A DNA stretch of 64,000 nt from Negaprion brevirostris. Lineage: Eukaryota. This document shows, piece by piece, positions 24,526-38,450 of this stretch. The translations under genes and the position numbers were made by a program. The stretch covers positions 106,857,389 through 106,921,388 of the forward strand of contig JARDVH010000001.1 in assembly GCA_030324005.1 (NCBI GenBank), given 5' to 3'. Each line of letters opens with the position of its first letter. Within the stretch, counting starts at the first letter, position 1. A model generated the notes under the pieces. The model searched no databases. It was not told the origin of the DNA and saw only the letters and a list, made by a program, of their open reading frames with translations.

Positions 24526-25404
24526 AAACGTAAACGACTAGAAGGATCTTCGGATGAGTCCATTTTGGTTGAACTAAGGAACAAAAATAGAGCCAGTAAT
24601 GGGATTTTGACCACCCTGATATTAACTGCAATAAAATGAATATAAAAGGTACAAAGTGCGCACAATTCTTAAAAGTTCTTCAGAATGCATTTTGTCAGTG
24701 TCCAGCAAGCCCAACAAGAGAAGAGACTGTTCTAGACTTAATTTTAGGGAATGAGTCTGGACAGATGGAAGAGGTGCTGTAGGGGATCGGTTTAGTAGTC
24801 GTGATCAAAATTTAATGCAATTGTGTAAAAGGATAAAGATTGATCAGGAGTAAACATTTTAATTTGTTGGATTGCTAATTTTGCAAATTGAGATGTGATT
24901 TAACNNNNNNNNNNNNNNNNNNNNNNNNNNNNNNNNNNNNNNNNNNNNNNNNNNNNNNNNNNNNNNNNNNNNNNNNNNNNNNNNNNNNNNNNNNNNNNNN
25001 NNNNGTGATTTAACAAATATGGACTGGACCAGCTACTTGAATGGAAATTAGAGTCAGAGCAGTGGGAGGTTTCAGAGGAAACAAGGAGTCAGAACAAATG
25101 TGTTCCCATTTTTAAGAAAATGGATCTACCGAATCTACACCACACTAGATGTCGAAGAGCATACTGAGCAGGATCAGGAAAAAAAATAATGGCTGGAGTT
25201 TTGAGTGGCGCCCAGGAACAGCTACCCGAGTTGGAAATGTGGCGGTAGTGCTTCTCAATTGCATTATTATCTCTCACTAGATACGCAGGGCATGACCATT
25301 CTGGGACTGGAGGATCAGTATTTATATGGTGGATAGGGTGTCAGCTGAAAGCATTGGATGTCCGGGCATTACCTTTAAAGAGCTGCTCCAGTGGAATGCA
25401 GCCA

Positions 25405-25535
25405 AAACCTTTGATGAAATGTCATCGATCTGAAATGTTAACTCTCTTTGCAGATTCTGCCTGACCTGCTGAGTATTTCCAGCATTTTCTGTTTTTATTT
25501 CAGATCTCCAGAATCTGCAATATTTACGTTTTTGA
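25405..25535 (+). mobile_element. Family-3 Penelope-like terminal fragment with degenerate hammerhead
   Basis: ttgatga-aatgtcatcgatct-gaaa-tgtta followed by gacctgctgagtatttccagcattttctgtttttatttcagat. Confidence 0.55.
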
Positions 25536-25722
25536 CCTGAAAGAGTAGAAGACTGTAACTCTATGAAAGATTGAGATAATTAAGCTGGTGCATGGATTTT
25601 CCCCTGGCACCAGCTCAGTATTATCCAATGAGAATGGTTACTTTTGCTAATTGTTAGATTTCTTTTATAAAGGGAAAGGACTAAAATATTCTGATGCATG
25701 ATATTGTGCAGTAACGCAAATC

Positions 25723-26561
25723 AGAAGTTGCTTTGCCAGTACAGAATTTGAGTATCGCTGAAAGGGAGACATGCCACTAGAGTCCTTTTGTCTTGCAGTA
25801 ATTGGGACAGATGGAAGAATGNNNNNNNNNNNNNNNNNNNNNNNNNNNNNNNNNNNNNNNNNNNNNNNNNNNNNNNNNNNNNNNNNNNNNNNNNNNNNNN
25901 NNNNNNNNNNNNNNNNNNNNNGGAAGAATGGCAACTTCAAAAGAAGCAACAATTTATATTGCATGAGAATAGGGTGCTGATTGTTTGGCCACTCAGCTCT
26001 GATTGGCTGAGGCATTGTCGTGGAGAATGCACAAGGGAACTATTGTCTCCCACCATTGCGTTAAAACAGTCATAATTCTGCACATTGTAAACCGTGTGAA
26101 GAAACATATTATTTTATACTATTGCCAGTCATCGCTACTTATGGCCTATGTATCTGGCATTGCATCAGCCCTTGTGTGCAAAGCTCAAAACATAATGTCT
26201 AACATAAGATGTGATTTTTGCAATTGGGCAGCACATGAAGAACAATCCTGAGTATGCTAAGAATTACATTAACAGCCAGTCCGACTAGTGTTGCAGTTCA
26301 CTTATGCTTGCTAGAAGCTACATATATACGTGCGCTGGGCCTTATCTTCTGCAAGCAGAAACAACATGTCCAGGCATTCTGCCTCTTAAAATAAAACAAA
26401 AGCATAAGAGCAATGCTTCAACCAATCATTTGGCTGGTAAACCATTCAGCACCCATTCTCATGCAGCATAAATTGTTGTTTTCTTTGTAGTTGCTTTTTT
26501 TGTATCTGTCCTGTTGAGTGCAAGACAAAAAGATTCAATGGCATATCTCTCTCCTGGCAAT
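25723..26561. mobile_element. Non-autonomous Penelope-like element (family 2) with long inverted arms
   Basis: Arms ~25750-25985 and ~26445-26561 are inverted. Probable TSD acgcaaatc (25714-25722) and acacaaatc (26562-26570). The right end reads gtcctgttgagtgcaagacaaaaagattc. Confidence 0.65.
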
Positions 26562-27402
26562 ACACAAATCGAAAGGATGAACAATAAAACAACTTGCAAT
26601 GGAAAAGTATCATTTTGGGACTGGTTTCTGGAAGGAGGGAGCCATTTTTCATACAATCTGAGGAAAAAAAACACCTTTAATACATAAATTCTTGGTAAGT
26701 TTGATTATTCTGACCATGCCAGGATTAATGACTCTGAATAAACTTCAGAAGGTCCATTTTATCATTTGGATAATAAGCAGTTCTGCAAATTTGGGGAATT
26801 CTGGGATACTAACAAAATTGACAGCATTCTGGAACATTGAAAAAGGTAGTTGCCTCATAAATTTGACCGATGATGTGCAACAATCTGTGGCTAAGTTTGT
26901 AAAACTTCTGTCTGTTATAATTGTCTCCAGCTATTGTATGGATATGCTACCCAACGTACAAAAGCAAATGATGGAACATTCTGAATGTATGGCTAGAGGC
27001 TAAATGAAGAATTGAAGATCAAGCTGTGTTGTTTATGGACAAGCTTTTAATTCCATTCTAATTAGGATAATGTGTACTGATACAGACACAATAATTGTAG
27101 GATTTGACAGAGGTCAATATTTAAAGTCACGGAAACTGAAGCCTTTTAACTTGACTCTCATTTTGCAAGCAGGGTTTGTGCAATAACTGTATATTTGGCT
27201 ATGCTTTTCTTCATTCATGGATAGTACAAGTCACGCCTATTCTTTTTAAAGAAGAAAGCTTTGTTCATTGAACCTTACTTGTACAGTGTGGTCGGATGGT
27301 GAGATTTGATATGGATTAAGGAGAGAGAGGAAAAAAACCTCCAAACTGTTTTGAATCATTTTGTCATTACTGTTCTCCTGAACTTTTCTCTGACATTTGC
27401 AG

Positions 27403-27525
27403 GTCCGTGGGAGTAAGGGAGAATTGCTGTATGTTCTGGATGCCAGTAATCCGCGGCATTCAAACTGGTTGCGCTTCGTCCATCAAGCTCCGACACAAGA
27501 ACAGAAAAATCTGGCTGCGATTCAG
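27403..27525 (+). CDS. PRDM5: PRDM5 coding exon 3 (PR/SET domain)
   Basis: ag|GTC...CAG|gtgtg, 123 bp, phase 0/0. [41 protein letters not shown]. Confidence 0.96.
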
Positions 27526-28779
27526 GTGTGTATAGCGATATCGCAGAGGCTTTCAGACATGGCGTGTGGTTCAGCAATTGTGTCTCACTTCCAGCGCATG
27601 CCATAGAGCCACCTGCGTTGGCGTAGTGCCCACTCCCTACTTTGTAGATTTGCATTAATGTTCACAAATTAGCTTTTAGTTCCAATAATTAGTTGGTATG
27701 TACATCTGGGATCTGTAGTAATTATATTCTTCTGAAATATTAAGGTTTCAATAACAATATAATACTGTATTTAATCTGTGGTGTAGTGTAGTCAATACTC
27801 TGATGCTTTTAGTCCTAATTTAAAATTCCATATCAGCTGCTTTCTGCCAATGTCAGACAAGATGGGAAATAAAGGCGGAACAACATTGTACTGGACAACA
27901 CCATTAACTATCAATAATCCCTGTTGAAGTAATGATTATATAATTTTTATGTTGATGCCAACTGAATTATTTTATCCAGAATAACAGCCTGCTTTTAACA
28001 TACCTATGTGATTAGTTTTCTCTCTGCACATTCTCAGCCACGTGGGGGTAAAATAAACCCTAGTGCAGCATAGCATACTGTCAAATGGTGCAAACAGCTT
28101 TTAAATGTTCAAAGCTTAAGCCAAGGTCAAGCTTCTGCAAAACTGGCAGGGATTTGGTTCACTTCTCTCCAGGCTGCCAAAGGTCATTCATGTATTCCCT
28201 TCATTGACTTGAGATTTGACACGCCACTCTTTCTCCTGCGCCGCTAGGATTACTTTCTCCCCCTTATCTGGACCACCAAGGATGAATTACTTATACTTTT
28301 ACTTCAAAAGAGAAATTGAATGCATATTCTGCCATTAAATCCTTTAAAGTCAATTAACTAAACCCAACTATATTTCTGCCTAGTCTTTCACTGCTGTAAG
28401 AATAGAAAATGTTATGTATTTGTCATTAGCTATTGGAGATTTAATGTCTCAAAAATGCCCATAGTAATGATGCATATTCAGAGTGGGAGAAATTGAATTC
28501 CGTGAATGGATGGGATGGTATATTCCATTCTGTTTGTGTGGGGGTATACGTTTACCTTCAGGTTGTCTGTCATCATGCCTTTGTTCTGTCATGTGTTTAG
28601 ATGTGAATATTCAAATTGTCGTATTATATGCTTGCAATGGAATAACATGGGTCATGTAATGCGTTGATGGTATCAATGTAAGTTTGTAAGTAGACCTTCC
28701 CAATGTGTTGCAGCTTATCTTTATGCTCAAGGAACAATATTCCGCAAGGAAACATGATTATGCTTACTGATGTGCAGAT

Positions 28780-29055
28780 AATAAGACCAGAAGATATAGG
28801 AACAGAATTAGGCGATTCTGCTCCGCCATACAATCATGACTGATAGGTTTCTGAACCCCATTCTCTCGCCCTTTCCCCATAATCTTTGATCCCCTTAGCA
28901 ATCAGAGCTTATCTATCTCTGTCCTTAATGCACTCAATGACTCGGCCTCCCCAGCCCTCTGTGGCAATGAATTTCACAGATCCACCACCCTCTGGCTGAA
29001 GAAATTCCTCCTCATCTCCGTTCTAAAGGGTCGTACCTTTACTCCGAGGCTGCCA
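28780..29055 (-). mobile_element. CR1 LINE 3' fragment
   Basis: Reverse complement of the ..EMRRNFFSQRVVDL*NSLPQRA..-type C-terminus plus 3'UTR. Confidence 0.75.
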
Positions 29056-31589
29056 CACTAATGGAAACATCTTTTCCACATCCACTGTCTTTGAGTCTAA
29101 TGTATCTGATTACATTTGCTACAGCAAAAACTCGAGGTAAAATTGTAATTCACTTGGGGAATAATTTTTGTACTTTTTTTGTGACCGAGGGGTTAAGTTG
29201 CTATCAGAAACCACATAAATTTATGAGTCTAATTCTTCATGTGTGTACACGAATCTACTTGGCCCCTTACCAACCTGACACATTGATGGCCTTTGCTACC
29301 TTCAATAAAAAAAGCCTTCCACACAAGCGGAGTAATGAAATATTAAAGATTAATGGCACAAGAGCTATTTAGTTTGAAGTTAAGACAGCCTTTATAAAAA
29401 TATATTTTTACTGAAAGATTAAAGATAGTCTCAGTCAGCACTTAACAAAAGAGCATATTTGGACTATCTCCACTCCACAGATGAGTGAAAAATTGGATGG
29501 AAGAAAAGCAGAGGCCTGTTTGGATAAGCAGCTTAATAAATTAACATTTCGGAGAGCAATTCAAAGATGACAGCTTGCATTTACATTATGGTGTTCAGAA
29601 ATCAATTATTTATTTCAAAGCAATGAAAATAACTTGCAAAATTTCAAGGAGAAATCCCGTTAAGATTACAACAGATGAGCTGATGACAGCACTTGCTGGT
29701 CAGTTCGACACACCAATTTATTTTTTTTCCAAGGCCACAATTCAGTTTTGACCTCTGAAGGTCCTGCTGCAATTGCTGCCAGAGGAATGCTGGAGATTTA
29801 TTGCAGAGGAACTATTAAAGGGGATACATTTCTACATCCTCCACCTTTTACTTTTTTATGAGGAAATCATTAGACTCCCAAGATCATCAATCCTAGTTGT
29901 GTAAGACTGATGTTGAATCTATCTCTCCTCGCGTGCATATTGTGCTGCTATGCTGAGTACTTTGTTGTGACGGCAAATTCATGTTAGTAAGTCCATAAAG
30001 TAATATGAATCAGAAATTTAAGCTACAGATGGAAGTGTTTCATTTAAAGGTGCTTAAATTGATGATGGATTATGATACTATTTTTCACTTCATTCTGGAT
30101 GAAGAGATTGAAATTATTTCACTCTGGATGTTAAACCAGCGGCTCTTTTTTCTCTGTCTACACAGTTATGCTTAAGGATGCAAATTGCTTGTGTTTGCAT
30201 TTTCTAAACAAGACTTTCTTTCAGTGTTTTGTCTCTCATGCTCCCTTGAAGGTAGTGACTTGTGATGGTGTGGATGGTCACAGCTACCAGACCCTCTCCC
30301 ATACTTGGTGCTCATTATTTATGCCCAAAACCTTGACAATGTGTTGGCAGAGCGTGATGTGGGGTTTCACCGCAGCCAAACCGTTCAAGATATTACCTGA
30401 TGTTTGCTTGTGAATTTTTCAGCAGGGGTTATTGGGCAATGGCCAGGAGTTGGAACTCTGACCGATTTTTATTCTTCCCTCTTATTACCTTGGGTTGTCA
30501 GGAGCATTTGTAGCCCCTAGACTGACTGAGATTATCATTCAGCCTAGAGTAGGAATTGAAATTGGAAGTTTCCTTGCATTTATAATTCAGTGATTTCTCT
30601 TGATCTTATAAATTTTTTTTATAATTCAGTGTGGCACCATTTGGGGCATTTTTTCAAATGGAGCTATCAGGACAACTATCAATTTTCTCTAAATATGACC
30701 CATTAGCCTGATCATGGTCCATGATCATTTCAAAAAATACTTTCTTAAAAAAACCATTTTGTCTTGAAAGATGTGATAAAGTGGCCTTCAGTTTGCTCAC
30801 TTTATTGTCCTTTTTTATTCATTTTCTCACAGTGACTTGTAAAATCATTTCTGTTATGGACTGCTGAGTAGCTGATTAGTCAATGAGACCTTGTTAAGGC
30901 TAGTGTATGTGTGAGAGGGGGCTCATATGAGTTTATCTAATTGATATTCCTCTTGGCCTCCATTTGGTACCTCTGTGAATATCAAAAGTTCACTTTCAGT
31001 TGCTGTTCCAGTGTCCTGCGCATAGCGCATTGGTGTTCAATTTTCAGCAACATCTCTCTTCCTTGTTTTTAATCAGAATCGTTTTTCTAGTTTTTGCTGC
31101 TTACTAAGTAGAGGCAAGATGATGCAGAAAAGAGTTGGTGAACATATAATGTGAAGAAAAGTTTGTATTACAATAACTTCAAAATACTTAATACATTTAT
31201 TATGATAAGCAGAAGGTTGTTAATACTAATTGCTGTATTTATATATTGCGATGCGGTGATTGTTTCAATGATCTGTTTGTTTCAGGAAAATTTGACAAGC
31301 CTTTTATCTCTTGCGTATGCATTTGCCATTGACTCCTGGCCACAGAAGCAGAGAGGAATTTTTGCCTTTATTGTATAATGTATAATGTCCCCGTGGAGAT
31401 ATCTGCATTCTACAACTGTCAACACAGTTCCTGCTGTCATAATAATGAATAAAAACTGAAGCAACGCTCCAACTCTTCAGGGCGTTTTCAAGAGAGCACA
31501 ATCTTCTCCTTACAGGAGTCCACCTATAAACTATTGCAGTCAGCAAACCCCTGATAACAATGCCAGTGGATCATCTGAGGACTCTCGCT

Positions 31590-31882
31590 TGGGCGGCATT
31601 TTGGTTAGCATGGCTACCTCACAGCATCAGAGACCAGGTTCGATTCCCAGCTTGGGTCACTGTCTGTGTGGACTCTGCACACATTCTCCCCGTGTCTGTG
31701 TGGATTTTCTCCGGGTGTACTGGTTTCCTCCCCCAGTCTGAAAGATGTGTTGATCAAGTGCATTGGCCGTGCTAAATTCACCCTCAGAGTACTCGGAATG
31801 TGGCGACTAGGGGATTTTTAGTGTAACTTTATTGCGGTGTTAATGTAAACCTTACTTACACTAATAAATAATCTTTAAACTT
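31590..31882 (+). mobile_element. V-SINE (HE1-like), tail type B
   Basis: gggcggca...ggttagcatggctacctcacagcatcagagaccaggttcgattccc head, core and tail B. Confidence 0.85.
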
Positions 31883-33816
31883 TATGAAGAACAAGCAGCC
31901 TTTTGCATGTTGGAACAATCATATTAGTCTAATGCTTGGGTTGAGTTGCAAAAAGATACTACATATTTTTTCTGGTATAGATTGATGTCTATGATGTGCT
32001 TGTGAAAGTTGAAAGAGAAGAATTCTGAGGAGTTGAGACCAGTGAGGAGTGTGTGGCGATTTGGTTAGAGAAGGGGGGCACAGCCTTAAAACAGGAGTGT
32101 TCTGTCAGTCACAATAACTAGTTACAGAAGCTAGCACAGAAAATATAAATGGAACAGATGTAAATAGGCTCGTCATTTTGGCTGTGGATTTGAGAGGTCC
32201 GTTACCAGGAAAAGGATTACATTCCATACTAACCTGTTTGTTCCTTTCATGTTTTGGGCATCAAAAGGAATAAATTATAAAGGAGCAACAGGGACTGCAC
32301 TGGCATCACAGAAAAAGGCCCAATCGCCAAATAAAAGATAATTGGCTAGATTTTTCTCTTGTTGGTCTTTGAAAATTTATCAATGACAGCAGCAGTGGTA
32401 AAGCCATGTTCTGTTTTCTTCTTGTCAAGGAAATATGACATTACTAGCAAAGACTTATGAAATATTTGTGAAGAAATTATTGCAACAATACTTTAAATCC
32501 TCCTTTCTGTTCCACACCTATTACACCAATCCACATCATGTTCCTTTCACTCCTTTCATGTATCATCCCATTCCATCCTTCATCCCACCCCTCCTTCATA
32601 TCACCCCAGCCGGCCTGCAATACCACCTTCCCCCTACACCCCAGATGTTTTAGCAGCAACACTGTTGTTAACAGCCACATAGTGGAGGACAAGGAACAGC
32701 GAGAGCCTGGGGCAATAAGAGAGCTAGGGGAGCAGTCAAGACTGTAACTGAGACTGGGAGTGGTAGAGGCTGAGATCAGTAAACTGGATTGAGGACCAGT
32801 AACCCTGGCCAGAGAACAGGAATAGCTGGAGCCTAGTAATTAAAGCCAGGAAATAGAGTTAGTGTCCAGGGTGTATGCTTTGGCCCACCAAATTGAATCA
32901 CCAATTGATCAGATTAAGTGGACAAGCAGAACCTGTATTCCCTGCATGGATTATAAATAAGCATATGGTTAGCTGAATGCACCATCTTTTTGCTACGTTG
33001 AATAGGTATGAAATTATTTATTTTGATTTTCATAAACCAGGAACTCGGTTGGCCATTTCTCAGCCATATCATCTTTTGTGCAGAATGGATTATTATTTTG
33101 GGGGGGAGGGGGGGATGAGGTGGGGGAGTTAAGGTTGTGTTTCTAATGATGGGATATAATATCAGTAAAAGCTGGGGAGTTCTCTGGGAGCAAAGAAGTT
33201 ATTAAAATAATCAAAGGACTTTTTTCAGTTTCAAGAGAAAGGCTCTTTTAATTCTGTGCTCGGCCTCTAATCCCTGCTACCTTCAACCAGCCATTAATAT
33301 TCAAATAAAGGATGTTAAAGCACAGTGATGTTGGTGTGATGCCAAAAGCTTTATTTCTTAAAAAATCAACAGCAAGTATATTTAGTCCATTATTTTTGCA
33401 ATGCTCATGATCTGAAGTTGATTGATTCCCGTTGAATGCACTTCAAGTTATTTATTTTAAGAATGTATTTATTTCAAAAGTATATCACAGCTACAAGTAG
33501 AATATGAGCAAAGTGTCAAAAAATGTTAATGATTGCTTATTTTATCTGAATGTAAAATGGAGCAGTGTGTTGTAAAAGTTATTTTAATTGGTTGTGGTTG
33601 CAACATAGAGTTCATTCATCTTGGTGTTGGGACAAAAACAGTTCACAAGCAGCTGAGGTGGCCAGCTGTTGTTTTAGTGTAGCTGCCTGATGTGGAGTTA
33701 TTCAAGTTTGTTTGGCTGTCCTGTCATGTCTTTAAAATGTTGATGCATTAAAACTTTCAGCCTCACATCAGCCTTTTTAGAAATATTTCTGTTCCAGCTC
33801 AGTGATCTCAACAAAC

Positions 33817-34590
33817 TGTTACGATCTCCGAAGAGACTGACAACTTTTAAAATTCCTCAAACAACCAACATAAATAACCGAAGGGCAAGATATTGTGTTC
33901 AGATATTTACTGTAACAAACAAATTTAAATCAACATAAATCATGCTATACTTCGCAGGCAACTAATACCTCGAATAAAAAAGACAAAGTGTATTAACTAA
34001 CTAACACAATCGAGATATGTTTTACAATCCCTTTGGCTGTGCACCACACTGATGACAGATGTGTAGCCTAACAAGAAAAACTCTGGGCTACTTTTGGCTC
34101 CCTAGCAGGTTCACCTCTCCCTGCTGTGCTAGGTCACAACTTCCAGTGTCCTTCAAAAGTTGTTTCACTCAGCCTGAGACTTTCAGATCTGACTTTCACC
34201 AGCAAGGCCCATCTTAGTGACTCCTTGTTCCCTAAATCTCCAAAATTCCTGTCTGTTTACTTCCCTTCCTTTTGAACAGAAAGCAAGCTCTTACAAGTGG
34301 CCTGCTTGTCCATAGCTGTAGTACTTTGTTCCTCCACACAGCAGTAATTGCTTTCTCTTTCTTCCTCTCATTCTGTTGCTGTCTCATAGTTGTTCTTTCT
34401 GTGAGTTGTTGTGTGATAGTATACAAACTATCAATTGATTTCAATACGTTTTGTAGCAGTTTCACTGTCATGGCAAACAGACCACGGAGGCATTTCTATA
34501 AGCTGGAATGTTTCTGAAATTCACAATGTTACTTTGTCAAATGGGACATGTTAAAACATAAACATCTTATAAGGTCCAACTTTTGTAACA
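33817..34590. mobile_element. Probable solo LTR (774 bp)
   Basis: Begins tgttacga and ends ttgtaaca (TG..CA with 7/8 inverted match). Flanks aaac and taac could be a 4-bp TSD with one mismatch. Confidence 0.45.
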
Positions 34591-35264
34591 TAACCACTCA
34601 ATAGTCAATCCTGAGATTTGTTTATATGTTGTTCACTTGGATGGTTAATTAAATTTTTGCTTTTGAGGAAAAGGTATGGAGTGTAAATCGATCATGTGAA
34701 GCATGAAACTTTTGGGCCGTTTGAAAATCGTTTAAGCAGAGTTTAAACAGACTATAGTTTTGCTCTTCAAAGGTTCATAACTTGCAGTGTGGCAATTAAA
34801 AATTTATGGAGGAGATACAAACAATCTTGAAAGGGGATAAGGTTTATTTAAGTGTTATGAACTGAAGTTCTTTCAATCTCCAGTCCTTTAAAATTGGAAA
34901 ATAGAATTACATTTTAGCAGTTTAAATGTGCTGCTAGAATAAATTGATAGACAGACCATATGGTGTAGCTTTAAAAAAACCTGCAGTTCCCTTGTCCCTG
35001 CAGTTTCAATAGACTTCATTGTTTATATTTTCCATAGGCTGTAATTACAGCTGAGCCCATTGTGAATGCTTGGTTGAGTTTCTAAGGGTCCAAAACCTCT
35101 TATCCCAAGTGGCATGTCAGTTCACATTCAACAGATAGTTTTAAGAGGCTGTTGAAGGATTAGCAGTTTTTGATGTGGTTACTGACTAGTGGTTTGGTTT
35201 TATAATAGATTGATCATTTGAGATTTAGATATTTTGAATTAGAACTTGTCGTAAATAAAGAAAA

Positions 35265-35630
35265 AAATGCATTTAAAAAGTTTTTTATCACTGTAGGATG
35301 TTTTAAAGTGCTGTACAGTCAGTAAAATATCTTTGAAACTTAGTTGTTAAATAGGGAAAAGTTGTAGCTAATTTGCAAACTCTTGTAGACGTATAAACAG
35401 CAATGGCCCAAGTGAACAGTAATTTTGTTCGAATGCTTTCAGTTGATAAGGACTTTAGGAAAACTCCCCTGCTTTTCAAATAATGAAATGGGATCTGTTA
35501 TGTCCACTATCACATTCCTTCAATAGTACTGCACTGGAGGACCTAACAAGATTGTGGGCTCAAGTCTTTTGAGTGGGTCTTGAATCCACATATCTCTGAC
35601 TGAGAAGTGAGAATACCACTACTGAGGCAA
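35265..35630 (-). mobile_element. DeuSINE/SacSINE-like SINE
   Basis: The reverse complement has a tRNA-like head (ctcagtagtggtattctcacttctcagtcagagatatgtggattcaagacccactc), a central domain (cagtgcagtact..cccatttcattatttgaaaagcaggggagtt) and a 3' end shared with 2555-2670. Confidence 0.6.
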
Positions 35631-38139
35631 GGAAATGTTAAAATAATCATACATATAAAATACACAAGGAGTAATAAAAGCACATTTTTTTGGTGCAAAA
35701 TTGCTTTTCAATTAACATGATCACAATGAGTGATTCTGAGAGGTGTCTTCATGCCATTGCCACTCTGCCTCCATCAGAGATGCCGTGCAGTGCAAATGTC
35801 AGTGCAGCACTGAACAGTCCTTTGTGCAATGACTAGACTGGAACAACAAGTGGGGGGAAAAATGTCCTCACCAATGAGTTGACTGAATAATTCCTAGCTG
35901 CCATGGGTGAACTTATTCATGACATACTGGAGAGAAACTCCTTTTTACCCCTATTCTCCTCATTACTTATACTATACCATTGTGTGAATGCTGAATGAAA
36001 GAGACTTAGAAGTGGAAAAGATAGAGTTGTGTAAGAAAGCTTTGAAATATCTCACCAATAACCCTCCCTACAGAAATAGGAACTCTAATCTGACATGTCC
36101 AGCACACACAGTTTGGGATAAATATTTTATTAAACAAATACTGTACACATATATTTGAGAAGGGTTCCAATTCTCCTTCGAATGTCTTAAGTTCATGAGA
36201 TGCTCCCTGATAGTTTAATGTAATGCAGAAGACCAGGAGTGTGCAAAAATGGATGTGCAAGTTCCTTTCAACTATGTATTTATTTGGAAGGGTGTTTCTC
36301 CTCTGCCCAAGCTTTCCTCCAGTATTACAGAATTGGAGATGTTCAGTTTGTGTCCAAACAGGGTTTTGTAGAAGCATTGGATGAGTTGGAGGGGTCTTGA
36401 AGGTCTCTATGGATGAGGAGGTCCAAGTTGTTGCTGATTAGAGTCAATTCTGTACCTGTTGCTTAATTCCATTGAAGGAAAGAGAAGGACAATATCTGAC
36501 AGGATATGTAGCCACCATTTCGGATATAGAGTTAGTGGGGCACTGTGCATTGTTTCATTTTAAGCACACCCCCCTCCTGTGGAACCCAACCAAGGAAAAG
36601 AGCATTTCTCTTAATTTCCCCTGTTATTCATTTTTCTACTTCATCCTATATTCTAAATAATAGAAAGCACATAAAAATAAAGTGAGGTGCTTTGATTGTT
36701 TTTGTAGTGTAACCTTTTTCACAGACTACTGACAATTGCTGAGGATCTTGGCAGACCACTTACTACCATCAACAAATGTTTATTTTTCTTTACAATGGTC
36801 AGGGAATAATTTGCAAAAGTAACAGTAGACTGCCTTACTGGTTTCAGAAAAAAAAACAACAAAATTCCTATTTCTGTTATCCCATTTTTCTTCCTTGGAA
36901 AACGGGGCTCATGAAGACCTCTAACTTGCTTCTCCCATCTTTCAACCTCACTCTTTTCTCCATTATTACATGTGATCTAAACTTATTCTTTTATTTACAA
37001 GAAATATTCTGTCATGTTGAATGAAACAGATTTTGGCCATGATACAGTGACTTCAGGGTAGGCTTCGTCCCCTATTTTGACAAAGTTATCAATATTTTGT
37101 AGCTCCATTGTCATTTCAGAATACACTTGTTCAGCTTTTGTAGTTGTTGTTGTGTCCCCACAACTCTAAGTGATCAGACAACTCTGATGTTTCCTCACCT
37201 ATGTTTTTTAATTCATGTCCACTATTCAATAGTTCAAGGTTTTCAAAATAAAATGAAAAATTGTCTTTTTGCTCATCTTGCCTCGCCTTCATTTTTTGCG
37301 TTTTTGACTGCCAGACCTGTAGGCCTGAATGTTTACATTCTGCCTCACCACGATAAGTGGGATGAAATCTTGTGGTGTGATTCCATCTCTAATGCATCAA
37401 TCTTGTAGCTGGTCAGATTGGCCACCTCCCATTCTTCTATGCTCTGCCGCACCATAGCTTAATTTTTCCTTTAAAAGGAAGAATAGAATTCTTCATTAGC
37501 ATCCCCTTTCTCCACATGCCCTTGAATATCATGAAGAGTGTTCACCCAACTCCAGTTCTCCATGCAGTTCCATGCCATCGCTGCACTCACCCTTGCTGAC
37601 TACAAAGATCATTGACCTAGTGTGAAATTATGGCCATATGGTTGCTTTGTTATTTCTTTTAAAAAAAAGACTGACCTTGATTTAAGGCAGNNNNNNNNNN
37701 NNNNNNNNNNNNNNNNNNNNNNNNNNNNNNNNNNNNNNNNNNNNGGCCATTTTATTAGATTTAACACAATTAATCCCAGGTTCTTATCAGCTACTAAAGA
37801 AACAGAATTTTGAACCATTGCGCATTCGAGACATACCATGGGCATTGTTGCAAAGAGCGGGGGCAGCGTGTTTGTTCAGTTGGATAATTGGTCAAACAGA
37901 TTATGGTTGGCAAATGCCAATTTCCTTCATTTGCTGTTATTGCCAGGATAGCAGAAGGATTGCAAAGTGAAATTTTTTGCTAGACTACTTCAGAAAACCA
38001 TGTCTGGAGCATCGATTACAGAATAAGTTAACCGAATGCAGAAAGCCTGGATTGCTTTGCGACTTGCAACACTTATTACATTCAGTCATTTGTTAGATTT
38101 GTCCTGCTTTTTAGGGGCCCCGTGCCGCCACATGGTTTC

Positions 38140-38450
38140 TTTCATAGTAAATCTGCCATTGGTAACTGGAGTTGATCTCAAAGTTTCAGAAATTATCCTC
38201 ATTAATGAGTGAAGTTTGTGTCACTGAACTCGGTATGGCCGCTTGCGGCCCAGACAGGTGCACAGTGCTCAGCTGTTGAGAAGACTAGAGCTACGGCGGA
38301 AATACAAAGAACCATGGCTTTTGTATCCCAGCAAGTGGCTGAATACTACCTTCTTGTGGCTTACCCTGTCCAGCAGATTGTTGAACTCTTGAGTTTGTAA
38401 CTAGTGTCATTGAAATGATGACCAAACGTCCTTTATGGGCCTCCCAGTCA
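38140..38450 (-). mobile_element. Ingi/Vingi-like LINE ORF fragment
   Basis: Minus strand reads WDTKAMVLCISAVALVFSTAEHCAPVWAASGHT...MRIISETLRSTP, matching the LRTSALAL.YS.AEYCAPVW..S.HT...MR.ISG.LR.TP motif. Confidence 0.6.
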
